Below are positions 39,141 through 48,651 of a DNA stretch of 64,000 nucleotides, one piece after another (within the stretch, counting starts at the first letter, position 1; every line of letters begins with the position of its first letter). The position numbers and the translations under genes were made by a program. The notes under the pieces were generated by a model. That model was given only the letters and a program-made list of their open reading frames with translations. It was not told where the DNA came from and ran no database searches. The stretch covers positions 32,001 to 96,000 of the forward strand of contig CP045477.1 in the NCBI GenBank assembly GCA_009392915.1, written 5' to 3'. Source of the DNA: Candidatus Forterrea multitransposorum CG_2015-17_Forterrea_25_41. GTDB lineage: Archaea; Iainarchaeota; Iainarchaeia; Iainarchaeales; CSSED10-239.

Positions 39141-39618
39141 GAAAAAATGTGATATAAATATGGATTTATTAGAATTTATAATTGAAGCAAAAAAAAATAC
39201 TTATGCATCTTCAAAAATAACTGATAAATTAAATAAAGATGGTTCTAAAGAACTTATATTTGAAAAAGATTCTTTAAAATATATTGATAAATATTATGGT
39301 TTTAATCCTTTTTCTGGTCAAGAAATTATTTTTAAAGATTATAAGGGTATTTGGTCTATGAATTATTATGGTTTTATAAAAGATCATTTAGTTTCTGAAA
39401 AAGAAGTTTATTCTTTTTTAAAAAAAGCTTTACTTAATGTTGAAAAAAGATTTCCTTTAAGAGGTCCAAATATTTATAGAGAAGGAGATTTTGAATATTT
39501 TTCAGATACTTCTGGATTTATTGAAGAATTTAATGGAAAGGAAAGAATTGATTATAATGGTAAAACTGTATATCATGGTTTTTATCATGGTGGTCTTTTA
39601 AGAGATAAATTAATTTAA
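39130..39618 (+). CDS. Hypothetical protein (162 aa) inserted between the Hef helicase and the ERCC4 nuclease
   Basis: Its ORF overlaps the helicase stop. There is an alternative start at MDLLEFI. No family was recognised. Confidence 0.35.
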   Translation: MTFKKKCDINMDLLEFIIEAKKNTYASSKITDKLNKDGSKELIFEKDSLKYIDKYYGFNPFSGQEIIFKDYKGIWSMNYYGFIKDHLVSEKEVYSFLKKALLNVEKRFPLRGPNIYREGDFEYFSDTSGFIEEFNGKERIDYNGKTVYHGFYHGGLLRDKLI

Positions 39619-39637
39619 TTTTAAAAAGTGATTTTAA

Positions 39638-40306
39638 ATGCCTTTAAAAGAAATAAATATTATTTGCGATACTAGAGAAAAAGCTTCTTCAGTTTTATCA
39701 GAAATTTCACTTCTTTCAGATAATGATATAAAAGTTAATGTTATTTTAGAACAATTATCTGTTGGAGATTATCAAATTTCAGACGATATTGTAATTGAAA
39801 GAAAAACTTTATCTGATCTTGAAACTTCAATTATTGATGGTAGAATATTTTCTCAATTGCAAGATCTTTCTTTTGTTAAAAGATCTGCTTTAATTATTGA
39901 AGGTGATCCTTTTTTATTGTATAATAGTAAAAGAATAAATGGTAAAGCACTAATTGGTTTAATTACTTCTGTTGGACTTAATTATAGAATTCCTTTATTT
40001 TTTACAAAAAATCAAAAACAAACTGCTTTATTTTTGTGTACCATGGCAAAAAAAGAACAACTTAAAAATGGAACTTCTGAATCTAAACTAAGGTATCAAA
40101 AAAATAAAATGTCAGGTACTCAATTCCAATTATTTATAATGCAGTCTTTTCCAGATGTAGGACCTACTCTTGCAAAATCTATTTTAAAAGAATTTAAATC
40201 TATTAAAAATATTTCAAATGCAAGTATTGAAGATTTATTAAAAGTTCCAAAACTTGGTCCAAAAAAAGCTCAAAAAATAAAATATCTTTTTGAAAGAGAA
40301 TATTAG
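39638..40306 (+). CDS. ERCC4-type (XPF/Mus81/Hef) nuclease with C-terminal HhH2
   Basis: GDY...IERKTLSDL (the ERK nuclease motif) and a C-terminal LKVPKLGPKKAQKI helix-hairpin-helix. Confidence 0.75.
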   Translation: MPLKEINIICDTREKASSVLSEISLLSDNDIKVNVILEQLSVGDYQISDDIVIERKTLSDLETSIIDGRIFSQLQDLSFVKRSALIIEGDPFLLYNSKRINGKALIGLITSVGLNYRIPLFFTKNQKQTALFLCTMAKKEQLKNGTSESKLRYQKNKMSGTQFQLFIMQSFPDVGPTLAKSILKEFKSIKNISNASIEDLLKVPKLGPKKAQKIKYLFEREY

Positions 40307-40315
40307 TTATATTTT

Positions 40316-40831
40316 TTAAAATAAAGAAAGTGCCATCTTTTCAATTATTTCTTCTTCAATATTTTTTTTATTTTTAATATTATAATAGTTTATTATTTCT
40401 TTTATTTTAGGAGTGTGTTTTTTAGTAATTTTTTTAACATCTAATTTTTTTAAAACATCTTTATTTATTTTTTTCTCTTGACTTAAGATATTTAAAAAAT
40501 AATTGTTTTTTCCTTTTTTAATATACCAATCTTTAGAAATTCCTTTAATTTGATTTGTATTTGAAAGAATCATTAAAGTTTCTGTAAAAATATTCTTTGA
40601 AATATTAATTTTTTCCAGAAATCTTAATTTTCCATTAAAAATAGCCCAATTAATGTGGTTTTCATTGTAAACTAGGGGTTCTGGAACCAAAATAACAGAT
40701 ATTTTCCCTTTTTGCTCTTTTTCTATGTTTTCAATTCTTTTTAAATATTTTTCTATATTATTAATATCTATAGAGCAATATATATTTTCTATATAATAGC
40801 TTTTTTTAAAAATACTAAATGAGTTTTTCAT
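40316..40831 (-). CDS. Hypothetical protein (171 aa)
   Basis: ORF only. Confidence 0.3.
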   Translation of the reverse strand: MKNSFSIFKKSYYIENIYCSIDINNIEKYLKRIENIEKEQKGKISVILVPEPLVYNENHINWAIFNGKLRFLEKINISKNIFTETLMILSNTNQIKGISKDWYIKKGKNNYFLNILSQEKKINKDVLKKLDVKKITKKHTPKIKEIINYYNIKNKKNIEEEIIEKMALSLF

Positions 40832-40897
40832 ATTAATATATTGAATAATTTAGTTTAAAAACATAATTATATTTTAAATCAAGGAGTTGAATACAAA

Positions 40898-41293
40898 ATG
40901 GTTGAATGGATTAAAAAATCAAAAAGAAAAAAAACAGGTGGAATAGATAACTCTGTTAATTTTAAAACAAAAGCATTATCTGATAGAGGTGGATCTTTTG
41001 TTAAAACTGTTGTTGATGATTCTGAAAAGAAATTTAAAGAAAGAACAAGAGGCGGAAATGAAAAATTAAAAATTTCAAAAGCATCTACTGTTTTAGTTTC
41101 AGACAATGGTAAATCTTTTAAAGCAAAAGTTTTAAATGTTGTAGAAAATCATGCAAATAAACAATTTGTAAGACAAAAAGTAATTACAAAAGGTTCAATT
41201 GTTGTAATTGAAAAAGATGGTAAAGAACATAAAGCAAAAGTTACTTCAAGACCAGGACAAACAGGTCAAGTTACTGCTGTTTTAGTAAAATAG
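40898..41293 (+). CDS. rps8e: Ribosomal protein S8e
   Basis: KRKKTGG near the N-terminus, an RTRGGNEKLKI motif, and a C-terminal VVENHANKQFVRQKVITKGSIV typical of S8e. Confidence 0.65.
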   Translation: MVEWIKKSKRKKTGGIDNSVNFKTKALSDRGGSFVKTVVDDSEKKFKERTRGGNEKLKISKASTVLVSDNGKSFKAKVLNVVENHANKQFVRQKVITKGSIVVIEKDGKEHKAKVTSRPGQTGQVTAVLVK

Positions 41294-41303
41294 ATTTTAA
41301 GAT

Positions 41304-41846
41304 ATGTTAACTTTTTTTAAAAAAATTAAAAGAGATTTGAAAACTAAAAAAAAAATAAAAGAATCTCTTTATTTTTTATTATTTTTTATAATTTCTTTTT
41401 CTCTTATTTATTTATTATTATCAAAAACCTTAATCTATAATTTTATAAACTATTTTTATGGTTCTCTTTCAAGTATTATTCTTAATATTTTTTATGGAAT
41501 TAATACTTCTTTTTATTATGATTTTATAGAACAAGTAACTTTTCTAATAATTCCAAGTATAGATTATCCTGTTGCAATTGTTTTCTTATGTACTGGTATT
41601 TTAGAATTTTCTTTAATTGTAAGTGCTATTGTTTCAACTATTGGTTTTTCTTTAAGAAAGAAAATAAAATGGGTATTAATTTCTTCTTTCCTTGTAATTA
41701 TTTTTAATCTTTTAAGAATAACTTTTACAATATTTATAATAGATTATTTTAATTTAGAAATAGCAGATTTTTTCCATGGTTTTTTATTTAGATTATTTTT
41801 AGTAATTATTGTTATTGGTACTTATTATTTTTTCTTAAAATCTTAA
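41304..41846 (+). CDS. Exosortase/archaeosortase-family membrane protein (small)
   Basis: Candidate catalytic triad in the conserved order: Cys (FLCTGILEFS), Arg (NLLRIT) and His (FFHGFLF). 180 aa, polytopic. Confidence 0.45.
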   Translation: MLTFFKKIKRDLKTKKKIKESLYFLLFFIISFSLIYLLLSKTLIYNFINYFYGSLSSIILNIFYGINTSFYYDFIEQVTFLIIPSIDYPVAIVFLCTGILEFSLIVSAIVSTIGFSLRKKIKWVLISSFLVIIFNLLRITFTIFIIDYFNLEIADFFHGFLFRLFLVIIVIGTYYFFLKS

Positions 41847-41850
41847 ATTA

Positions 41851-42162
41851 TTATTTTTTAGGACCTTTCTTAATTTTTGGTTTTCTTTTTTTACAAGCTT
41901 CATTTTGAATAACAATTTCTTTTGTTAATTTATCATTCTTTCTTTGAAGACTTGCAATCTCACATAAAATAATTTCAGCAAATTCTTTATTTCCTTTATT
42001 TGATCTAATCATGTCTTTACAGTATTCTATGTTAATGTTATTAAGTTCAATTTTTTCAGAATTAGAAATTGTACCTACTCTATTTTTTTCTTGCAATTGA
42101 TTTTTTCTTTTTGCAATTGGTGATGATGAATGATTCCATTTTTGATTTAATTCAGTAGTCAT
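41851..42162 (-). CDS. Basic hypothetical protein (103 aa)
   Basis: It overlaps the upstream ORF by 4 nt (ATGA), which suggests translational coupling. Confidence 0.35.
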   Translation of the reverse strand: MTTELNQKWNHSSSPIAKRKNQLQEKNRVGTISNSEKIELNNINIEYCKDMIRSNKGNKEFAEIILCEIASLQRKNDKLTKEIVIQNEACKKRKPKIKKGPKK

Positions 42163-42551
42163 TTTTGCATCTCTTCTTTAATGATTTTTTTCACTTGTTC
42201 AATAGTTGTATACTCTAAAGGATTAATATTATCAATTACATATTTCATTTCTTTTAAATCTTCAGCTCTTGCATATCTTTTTGAAAACATCTCAAGATTT
42301 GATTCAATCCCTTTCATTCTGTTTTCAATATCTTTCATTTTTTTAAAAATTTCTTCAATTTTTTCATTAGATGCAAAAGAGCCTTGTGAATCTGAAGTAT
42401 TGGCTGAAGCAATCTTTTTATTTAAAACAAGGATGTTTCTTCCAAGTATCTTTTCATTATGCACAAGATATTTTATCTTTTGTCTTAAAACAAGAAGACT
42501 TGATTGTAAAGCTTTAATATCTTGATACACATTCTGTGATTGATCAACCAT
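42159..42551 (-). CDS. Coiled-coil hypothetical protein (130 aa)
   Basis: Heptad-rich sequence, co-oriented with the downstream ORF and coupled to it. Confidence 0.35.
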   Translation of the reverse strand: MVDQSQNVYQDIKALQSSLLVLRQKIKYLVHNEKILGRNILVLNKKIASANTSDSQGSFASNEKIEEIFKKMKDIENRMKGIESNLEMFSKRYARAEDLKEMKYVIDNINPLEYTTIEQVKKIIKEEMQK

Positions 42552-42745
42552 AGTTAGTTCTTCTCTTTTGTAAATATTTTATATATTTATATAGTAATAG
42601 ATAATATTTAAAGATGTTTGTTTTATTTTTAAAGATTTCTTTTTTTAAATTAACTTATAATAATTTAGTTCAGTTATTAAATTAAATACCTTTATAAACT
42701 ATTTGTCTCATAAATATATAAAAATAAATGAGGTGTTAAAAGGAT

Positions 42746-43102
42746 ATGAATAAAAAAATATTAAATATTTTTGGAGTACTTTCTGTTTTAGTTTTTTTAA
42801 TGTTTATTTCATTAAACTTAAGTGCAGAGAGATTTGATGTTACTGATATTTCTTACTCTTATGTAAGTTATAATTATCCATATTACCCAAATGGTCAATA
42901 TTATAATAGTTACTATAATTATTATGATTATTATATTCCAACAGGTTATGTAAATTCATATACAGGCTATATTAATTATCCTGCTTACTCAAATTATGTT
43001 CCAACTTACTATAACACTTCATATGTAACTTATCCTTCATACTATAACAACTCAATCAGTTATGGAAGTCCAGAGGCATATGTTTCTTTTAGTTGGCAAT
43101 AA
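42746..43102 (+). CDS. Small secreted tyrosine/asparagine-rich low-complexity protein
   Basis: Signal peptide MNKKILNIFGVLSVLVFLMFISLNLSA. The mature region is about 35% Tyr, e.g. YNYPYYPNGQYYNSYYNYYDYYIP.... Confidence 0.5.
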   Translation: MNKKILNIFGVLSVLVFLMFISLNLSAERFDVTDISYSYVSYNYPYYPNGQYYNSYYNYYDYYIPTGYVNSYTGYINYPAYSNYVPTYYNTSYVTYPSYYNNSISYGSPEAYVSFSWQ

Positions 43103-43129
43103 ATAAAAAAGAGGATTTAAAGATTTATT

Positions 43130-46100
43130 ATGAACTATAAATATTTTTTTGTATTTTTATTAGTAGTTTTATTTTCATCAATGGTATTTTCATACACAAT
43201 TGGTTTTGATTATGCTGAAGTTAGAACTACAAGTTATCCTAACTATCTTAATTATCAATATGCTCATTACTATGATAATATTGATCTAAGATATGGTGTT
43301 TATGGAAGTGGAATTTCTTCTCCAGTAACAATAATTGTTTCTCCAAAAGTTTATGGAATAACAACTACTGGTCAAAGAGTCTTTGTTCATAATATACAAA
43401 CTCATTCTTTTTCAATGAATCCTTCTTCTTTTTATACTTATAGTTATAATCCAATGTTTTCTTTTGATCCTGCATATCAAAGTTATGAAGTTGTTTTAGA
43501 TCTTCAAAGTTCAGATGGATCTTTTAATAATTCTGTAAGTAGATATGTTTATTCTCAAGGAACAAATCCAAACCCTGGAGGAGATGATCCTACAGGTGAT
43601 GATCCTAATGTAGTTAGTTGTGATGATTTTTATGTTTCAGGAATGGAAGATATTTATTTAGATGAAGATTCAAGAGAATATTATAATCTTTATTTAGTAA
43701 ATTCTGTTGACTTGCCACTTACAATAACTTCAGTTACAGTTTCTCCAAATAATCCTACTAACTTAGAAATTGAAGATATTACTTATCCTTTTACAGTTTC
43801 TGCTCTTCAAACAAGAAGTGCACAAATTGAACTTTTTACAGATACAGTTTCTTCTGATTATTCAAATAGTTTTCAAATAGAAGTTAAAGGTAAATATGAT
43901 AATTCTTTAACTTGTGAAAAAACATATAATGTTAATTATAGAATACTAGATGCTGAACTTGAAAATAATGGTTCTTGTAGTGATATAAGAATTTTAGATG
44001 ATTATTTTACAATGAGTGATAATTCTTCTAAAACTTTTGAAATTGAAGTTTCAAATGCTTCTCAAGATTATTATTTTGAAGTTGATGATATTGATTTAGA
44101 TACTACAAATGATTCAATAATTGAAGCTAGTGTTAGAAACACAATTGATAAAATATATACAGATTCTTCTAAAATTTTAAAAATAAATGTTTCTTCAGAT
44201 GACACTTCTTTTTATAGAACTGAAAAAATTGATTTAGAACTAACAGGTTATTTAAAAAGAGAAAACAGAGAAGATAAAAAATGTAGAATAAGAGAAGATG
44301 TTTCAATAAGAGTTTCTCCAGATTCTTCAACTGGAAATACTTCAAATGAATGTGATGATATAAAAATATATACAAGAGATGTTTTCCAAGATTCTCAAAT
44401 AACAGAAAACTACTCTCTTCAAGAGGGTTTTTATATTTATAATGGAACTAATAAAAAATTTACTGTATCAGGTATTAACTATAAAGACAATACTATGTAT
44501 GCAGATATCTTTTCAAAATCTTTTGATTATACTCTTTATCCTAGATCCTCTAATGCTTTAAATTTTGATATAAGAACAAGTGAAGTTTCAGAAAATAAAC
44601 TTTCAAATGCAGAAATTTCTATTCAAGGATATTTTGAAGGTGGACTTTCTTGTAGTTATTCAGATATAACTTCAAACTTTAATTTAACTATAAGAGAAGA
44701 AAATGATTTTTGTTCAAATGTAGGTATTTATGATGACAGTTTTGTTGAAGGTGAAAATTATTTTACAGTTTATAATAACACTAATAAAGACTTTACTGTA
44801 AATGATATTATTTCTCAAAATTCAGTTAACTCAAATGTAGGTGTGATTGATTCTTCTTTTAAAGTTTTAAAAGATTCACAAAAAACTTTTAGAGTTGGTT
44901 CTTCAGGAAATGGTAGTTTTGAGCTTTTAGCTAAAGGTGTTTTTTCAGATGGCACTTCTTGTGACTATACTCAAACAAGCAGTGGTTATTTCAATAGTGA
45001 TTCTGGTTATGATTTTTCAGATACTTCTTGTGAATTTGAATTTAATTATCCAAATGTAAAATATATCTCTTTAAACGGAGACTCTCTAAATTTTGATTTT
45101 AGAAACTTAACTGGAAAATCTGGTGAGATTAGACTTTCTGCAGTTGGTGCTGTAATTGAAGATCCAATTATTAAGTTTTCTTCATATTCATCTTTTAATA
45201 AAGAAATAGATCTTTTAAATATTAAAAATCCAAAAATGGTTCTTTATACAATTGAAATTTACGGTTGTTCTAAAAAATCATATTTTACAAATCTTTATCC
45301 TTTAGGAAATTCTATTCAAGGAGATGTTTCATTTTTAACATATCCTAGTAATTTAATTTCAACTAAAGATAAATTTATAAGTTCTTTTTCACTTAAAAAC
45401 TCAAGTAGTTTTTCAGAAGATGTTGAAATTAAATTTTCAGGTTTTACAAGTGCATTTAATTTTGTATCTTCTCCTTATCCATTAAACCCAAATACTTTCT
45501 CATCTTCAGATAATGTTTCAACAGTTACAATAAATCCAAACTCTACAAAAAATATTTATTTTGGAGTTGATGTTTTAGAAAATGCAGAATATAAAAAATA
45601 TAATGGATATATTGAAGTTTATAGTAATAATAAATTATTATTTAAAGAGCCTTTATCAATAGATAGATCAATTACTACTAATAATTTATTAGTAAATACT
45701 ATGGTTGAAAAGACATCTGTTAAAAATACTGTTCTTTTAACATTTACTTTTGAAAACAAATTACCTGACCTTACAAGAGAACTTTATTTATCTTTTGAAG
45801 ACGAGAATAGTTTTGAAGTAGATGGTAATAGAAATATATCTGTTGCACCATTAAGTGTACTTGAAAGAAGCTTTACTGTTAAATATAATGAAGGTTCTTT
45901 ATTTAAGTATAATTTAATAGATACAGATAATTCTTCTCTTGCATATTCTGGAGAAGTAGATTTAAAAGAAATTGATAATTCTTCAAATCTTTTATCTGGA
46001 TTTTTTACTCTTTCAGATACAAAAGGATTTATATTTGCAATTGTTCTTATATTACTTATAGCTTTAATTATTTTCTTAATAGTTTATGGAGATAAATCTA

Positions 46101-46273
46101 GAGCTAAAAGAAAACAAGAAACTAAATCAGTTTTAGAAACACAAGAAAAAATAAAAGAAGAAATTAGAAAAGATAATTTTTCTAATATTACTAAGTCTGA
46201 GATTATAATAGGAAATAAGCCTATTATAAAGCCTGCAGAACCAAGACAGATTACTTTAGGTGAGCTTGATTAA
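43130..46273 (+). CDS. Large secreted cell-surface protein (S-layer/adhesin candidate) with a C-terminal TM anchor
   Basis: 1047 aa. Signal peptide, a Tyr-rich N-terminal module, a PNPGGDDPTGDDPN linker, then long beta-rich S/T/N-rich repeats. C-terminal hydrophobic helix GFIFAIVLILLIALIIFLIVYG plus a basic tail. Confidence 0.55.
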   Translation: MNYKYFFVFLLVVLFSSMVFSYTIGFDYAEVRTTSYPNYLNYQYAHYYDNIDLRYGVYGSGISSPVTIIVSPKVYGITTTGQRVFVHNIQTHSFSMNPSSFYTYSYNPMFSFDPAYQSYEVVLDLQSSDGSFNNSVSRYVYSQGTNPNPGGDDPTGDDPNVVSCDDFYVSGMEDIYLDEDSREYYNLYLVNSVDLPLTITSVTVSPNNPTNLEIEDITYPFTVSALQTRSAQIELFTDTVSSDYSNSFQIEVKGKYDNSLTCEKTYNVNYRILDAELENNGSCSDIRILDDYFTMSDNSSKTFEIEVSNASQDYYFEVDDIDLDTTNDSIIEASVRNTIDKIYTDSSKILKINVSSDDTSFYRTEKIDLELTGYLKRENREDKKCRIREDVSIRVSPDSSTGNTSNECDDIKIYTRDVFQDSQITENYSLQEGFYIYNGTNKKFTVSGINYKDNTMYADIFSKSFDYTLYPRSSNALNFDIRTSEVSENKLSNAEISIQGYFEGGLSCSYSDITSNFNLTIREENDFCSNVGIYDDSFVEGENYFTVYNNTNKDFTVNDIISQNSVNSNVGVIDSSFKVLKDSQKTFRVGSSGNGSFELLAKGVFSDGTSCDYTQTSSGYFNSDSGYDFSDTSCEFEFNYPNVKYISLNGDSLNFDFRNLTGKSGEIRLSAVGAVIEDPIIKFSSYSSFNKEIDLLNIKNPKMVLYTIEIYGCSKKSYFTNLYPLGNSIQGDVSFLTYPSNLISTKDKFISSFSLKNSSSFSEDVEIKFSGFTSAFNFVSSPYPLNPNTFSSSDNVSTVTINPNSTKNIYFGVDVLENAEYKKYNGYIEVYSNNKLLFKEPLSIDRSITTNNLLVNTMVEKTSVKNTVLLTFTFENKLPDLTRELYLSFEDENSFEVDGNRNISVAPLSVLERSFTVKYNEGSLFKYNLIDTDNSSLAYSGEVDLKEIDNSSNLLSGFFTLSDTKGFIFAIVLILLIALIIFLIVYGDKSRAKRKQETKSVLETQEKIKEEIRKDNFSNITKSEIIIGNKPIIKPAEPRQITLGELD

Positions 46274-46551
46274 GTTTTTCTTAGAGGGAAATAACAAACC
46301 ATTTATAAAGTTTTCTGTTCAAAGATTATTATATAATGAAGAATTAATGAAGCTTTGTAGACTGTGTGTTAACATAGACAGTTATTAACCATTTTTTTCA
46401 AAAATTTGGTTAACATATAAATGCAAAGCTTTTTTTAAAATAATGATTGTTTTTTAATTTTTTTTAAAAAACATTTGTAAAGTTTAAAAATTGTTTTATA
46501 TAAAAAAAAGTGTAATTTATTTTGTGTAAAAAATATTAATGTGTAACATAT

Positions 46552-47535
46552 ATGCCAAAAAAATATAAACCTAGAGCTGGATCTATGGCTTTTTACCCAA
46601 GAGTAAGAGCAAGATCTATAATCCCTAAATTTAATTCTTATAATGGACTTGAAAAAGATGAGTCTGTGTGTAAACCAATTGCTTATTATGGTCTTAAGGT
46701 TGGAATGATGCAAGCAACTGCAAAGAATGCTCATAAAAACACTTCCTCTTATGGTCATGAAGTTGTTTTGCCAGTTACAGTAATTGAGACTCCTGATTTA
46801 AAAGTTTCAGGTGCAAGGCTTTATAAAAATAAAAAACCTATAACTGGAAAAGAAGCTGTTTCTGAATTTTTAAAATTTGATAATCTTCTTTTAAAAAAAA
46901 TTAAAGGAAAGAAATCAAATGATAAAAAAGAATTAGATGTTTTCTTAAAACAAACTGAGAAAGCAGATGATCTTGTTCTTTTATGTTATATTGATACTAA
47001 ACAAACAACAATTGGTCAAAAAAAACCAGTTCTTGTTGAAATTCCTTTGTCTGGAAAGTTTGAAGACAAAATATCTTATTTTAAAGAAAAATTTACTAAA
47101 ACATTACCTATTTCTGAAGTTTTTGATGTTGATACTGATTTAGATGTTAAATCAATATCTAAAGGTCACGGATTTACTGGTCCTGTAAAAAGATTTGGTA
47201 TTAAAATACAAAGACCTAAAGCACAACAAATCCAAAGACACGTTGGTTCTATTGGTCCATGGCATCCTGCTACAATTATGCACACAGTTCCAAGAGCTGG
47301 TCAACATGGTTTCCATAACAGAGTTGCTTATATGAAAAAACTTTTAATGATTGGTAGTGATTTAGAAAAAGTAAATCCTAAGGCTGGATTTAAAAAATAT
47401 GGTGTTGTTAAAAACAACTATATTTTAGTTTCAGGAAACGTTCCTGGTGTTACAAAAAGAGTTGTAGCTCTTAGAAAATCTACAAGAAAACCAAGATCTA
47501 AATTGACTGTCACAGATGTGAATATAATTAATTAA
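46552..47535 (+). CDS. rpl3: Ribosomal protein L3
   Basis: MPKKYKPRAGSMAFYPRVRA... Confidence 0.9.
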   Translation: MPKKYKPRAGSMAFYPRVRARSIIPKFNSYNGLEKDESVCKPIAYYGLKVGMMQATAKNAHKNTSSYGHEVVLPVTVIETPDLKVSGARLYKNKKPITGKEAVSEFLKFDNLLLKKIKGKKSNDKKELDVFLKQTEKADDLVLLCYIDTKQTTIGQKKPVLVEIPLSGKFEDKISYFKEKFTKTLPISEVFDVDTDLDVKSISKGHGFTGPVKRFGIKIQRPKAQQIQRHVGSIGPWHPATIMHTVPRAGQHGFHNRVAYMKKLLMIGSDLEKVNPKAGFKKYGVVKNNYILVSGNVPGVTKRVVALRKSTRKPRSKLTVTDVNIIN

Positions 47536-47540
47536 TAATT

Positions 47541-48365
47541 TTGATTGTTATGAAAACAAACGTTTATAATCTTTTAGGAAAATCTATTAAGGAAATTGAA
47601 GTTCCAGAATACTTTAGACAAAACTACAGACCAGATCTTATTAAAAGAGCTGTTGTAGCTTCTCAAAGTAATTCTTATCAACCAAAGGCACCTTCTCCAT
47701 ATTCAAATAGATTAAATACTGCTGAATATAGAGGTGCAAGAAAGAAAAACACCATGGATAATTCTATTAATACTGGTAAAGCAAGGCTTCCAAGAACAAA
47801 AAATAGAAGAATTTTAATGGCTGGGAGAGTAGCTGGTGTTTCTCATGCTGTTGGTGGACCAAAAGCACATCCTCCAAAAGTTACAAAGATTTTAATTAAA
47901 AAAATTAATACTAAAGAAAGAACAAAAGCTATTTTAAGTGCAATTTCTGCAACTGCAAATTTAGGACTTGTTTCTACAAGAGGACATGTAATTCCTCAAG
48001 AAATTTCTCTTCCTATAGTTTTTGAAAATACTCTTGAAAATTTAACTAAAACAAAAGAAGTTTATGATATTTTAGAATCCTTAGGTCTTTCTGATAATGT
48101 TGAAAAAGCAAAAGATAATAAGTCTTATAGAGCTGGAAAAGGAAAGATGAGAGGAAGAAGATATAAGAGAAGAAAAAGTGTTTTATTTGTTTTAGGTGAC
48201 TCTAAGAATTATAAAGTTTTCCAAAACTTAGAAGGTGTTGATGTAATTGATGCATCTAAACTTTCAATAAAAGAACTTGCTCCAGGAACACATGCTGGTA
48301 GACTTACTATCTTTTCTGAAAGCGCTGTTGAAAAATTACAGGAGAGATTTTCAAAGGTGATGTGA
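47541..48365 (+). CDS. rpl4: Ribosomal protein L4
   Basis: Operon position and sequence pattern. Confidence 0.85.
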   Translation: MIVMKTNVYNLLGKSIKEIEVPEYFRQNYRPDLIKRAVVASQSNSYQPKAPSPYSNRLNTAEYRGARKKNTMDNSINTGKARLPRTKNRRILMAGRVAGVSHAVGGPKAHPPKVTKILIKKINTKERTKAILSAISATANLGLVSTRGHVIPQEISLPIVFENTLENLTKTKEVYDILESLGLSDNVEKAKDNKSYRAGKGKMRGRRYKRRKSVLFVLGDSKNYKVFQNLEGVDVIDASKLSIKELAPGTHAGRLTIFSESAVEKLQERFSKVM

Positions 48366-48366
48366 T

Positions 48367-48639
48367 ATGGCTAAAACTTTAGAATACTATGATATTGTAG
48401 AATATCCTGTAATTACAGAAAAAGCTGTTGATTTAATCTCAACACAAAATAAATTAACATTTATTGTAAATAAAAAATCAAATAAAGCAGAAATTAAAGC
48501 TGCTGTTGAAAAATTATATAAAGTTAAAGTAAAAACTATAAATACTTTAGTTGATAGAAAAAGTAGAAAAAAAGCATTTGTAACACTTTCAAAAGAGTTT
48601 AATGCTCAAGATGTTGCAAATAAATTAGGAATATTATAA
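48367..48639 (+). CDS. rpl23: Ribosomal protein L23
   Basis: ILEYPVITEKA... Confidence 0.85.
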   Translation: MAKTLEYYDIVEYPVITEKAVDLISTQNKLTFIVNKKSNKAEIKAAVEKLYKVKVKTINTLVDRKSRKKAFVTLSKEFNAQDVANKLGIL

Positions 48640-48651
48640 GGGTTGTAAATT

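Noticed and set aside
45990-46273. PGF-CTERM / archaeosortase sorting signal at the C-terminus of the 1047-aa surface protein
   Set aside because: There is a TM helix and a basic patch, but the helix is preceded by SGFFTLSDTKGF rather than a PGF/PEF/VPXXXP signature, and about 55 more residues follow. It does not meet the tripartite CTERM definition, so I report it only as a generic C-terminal anchor.
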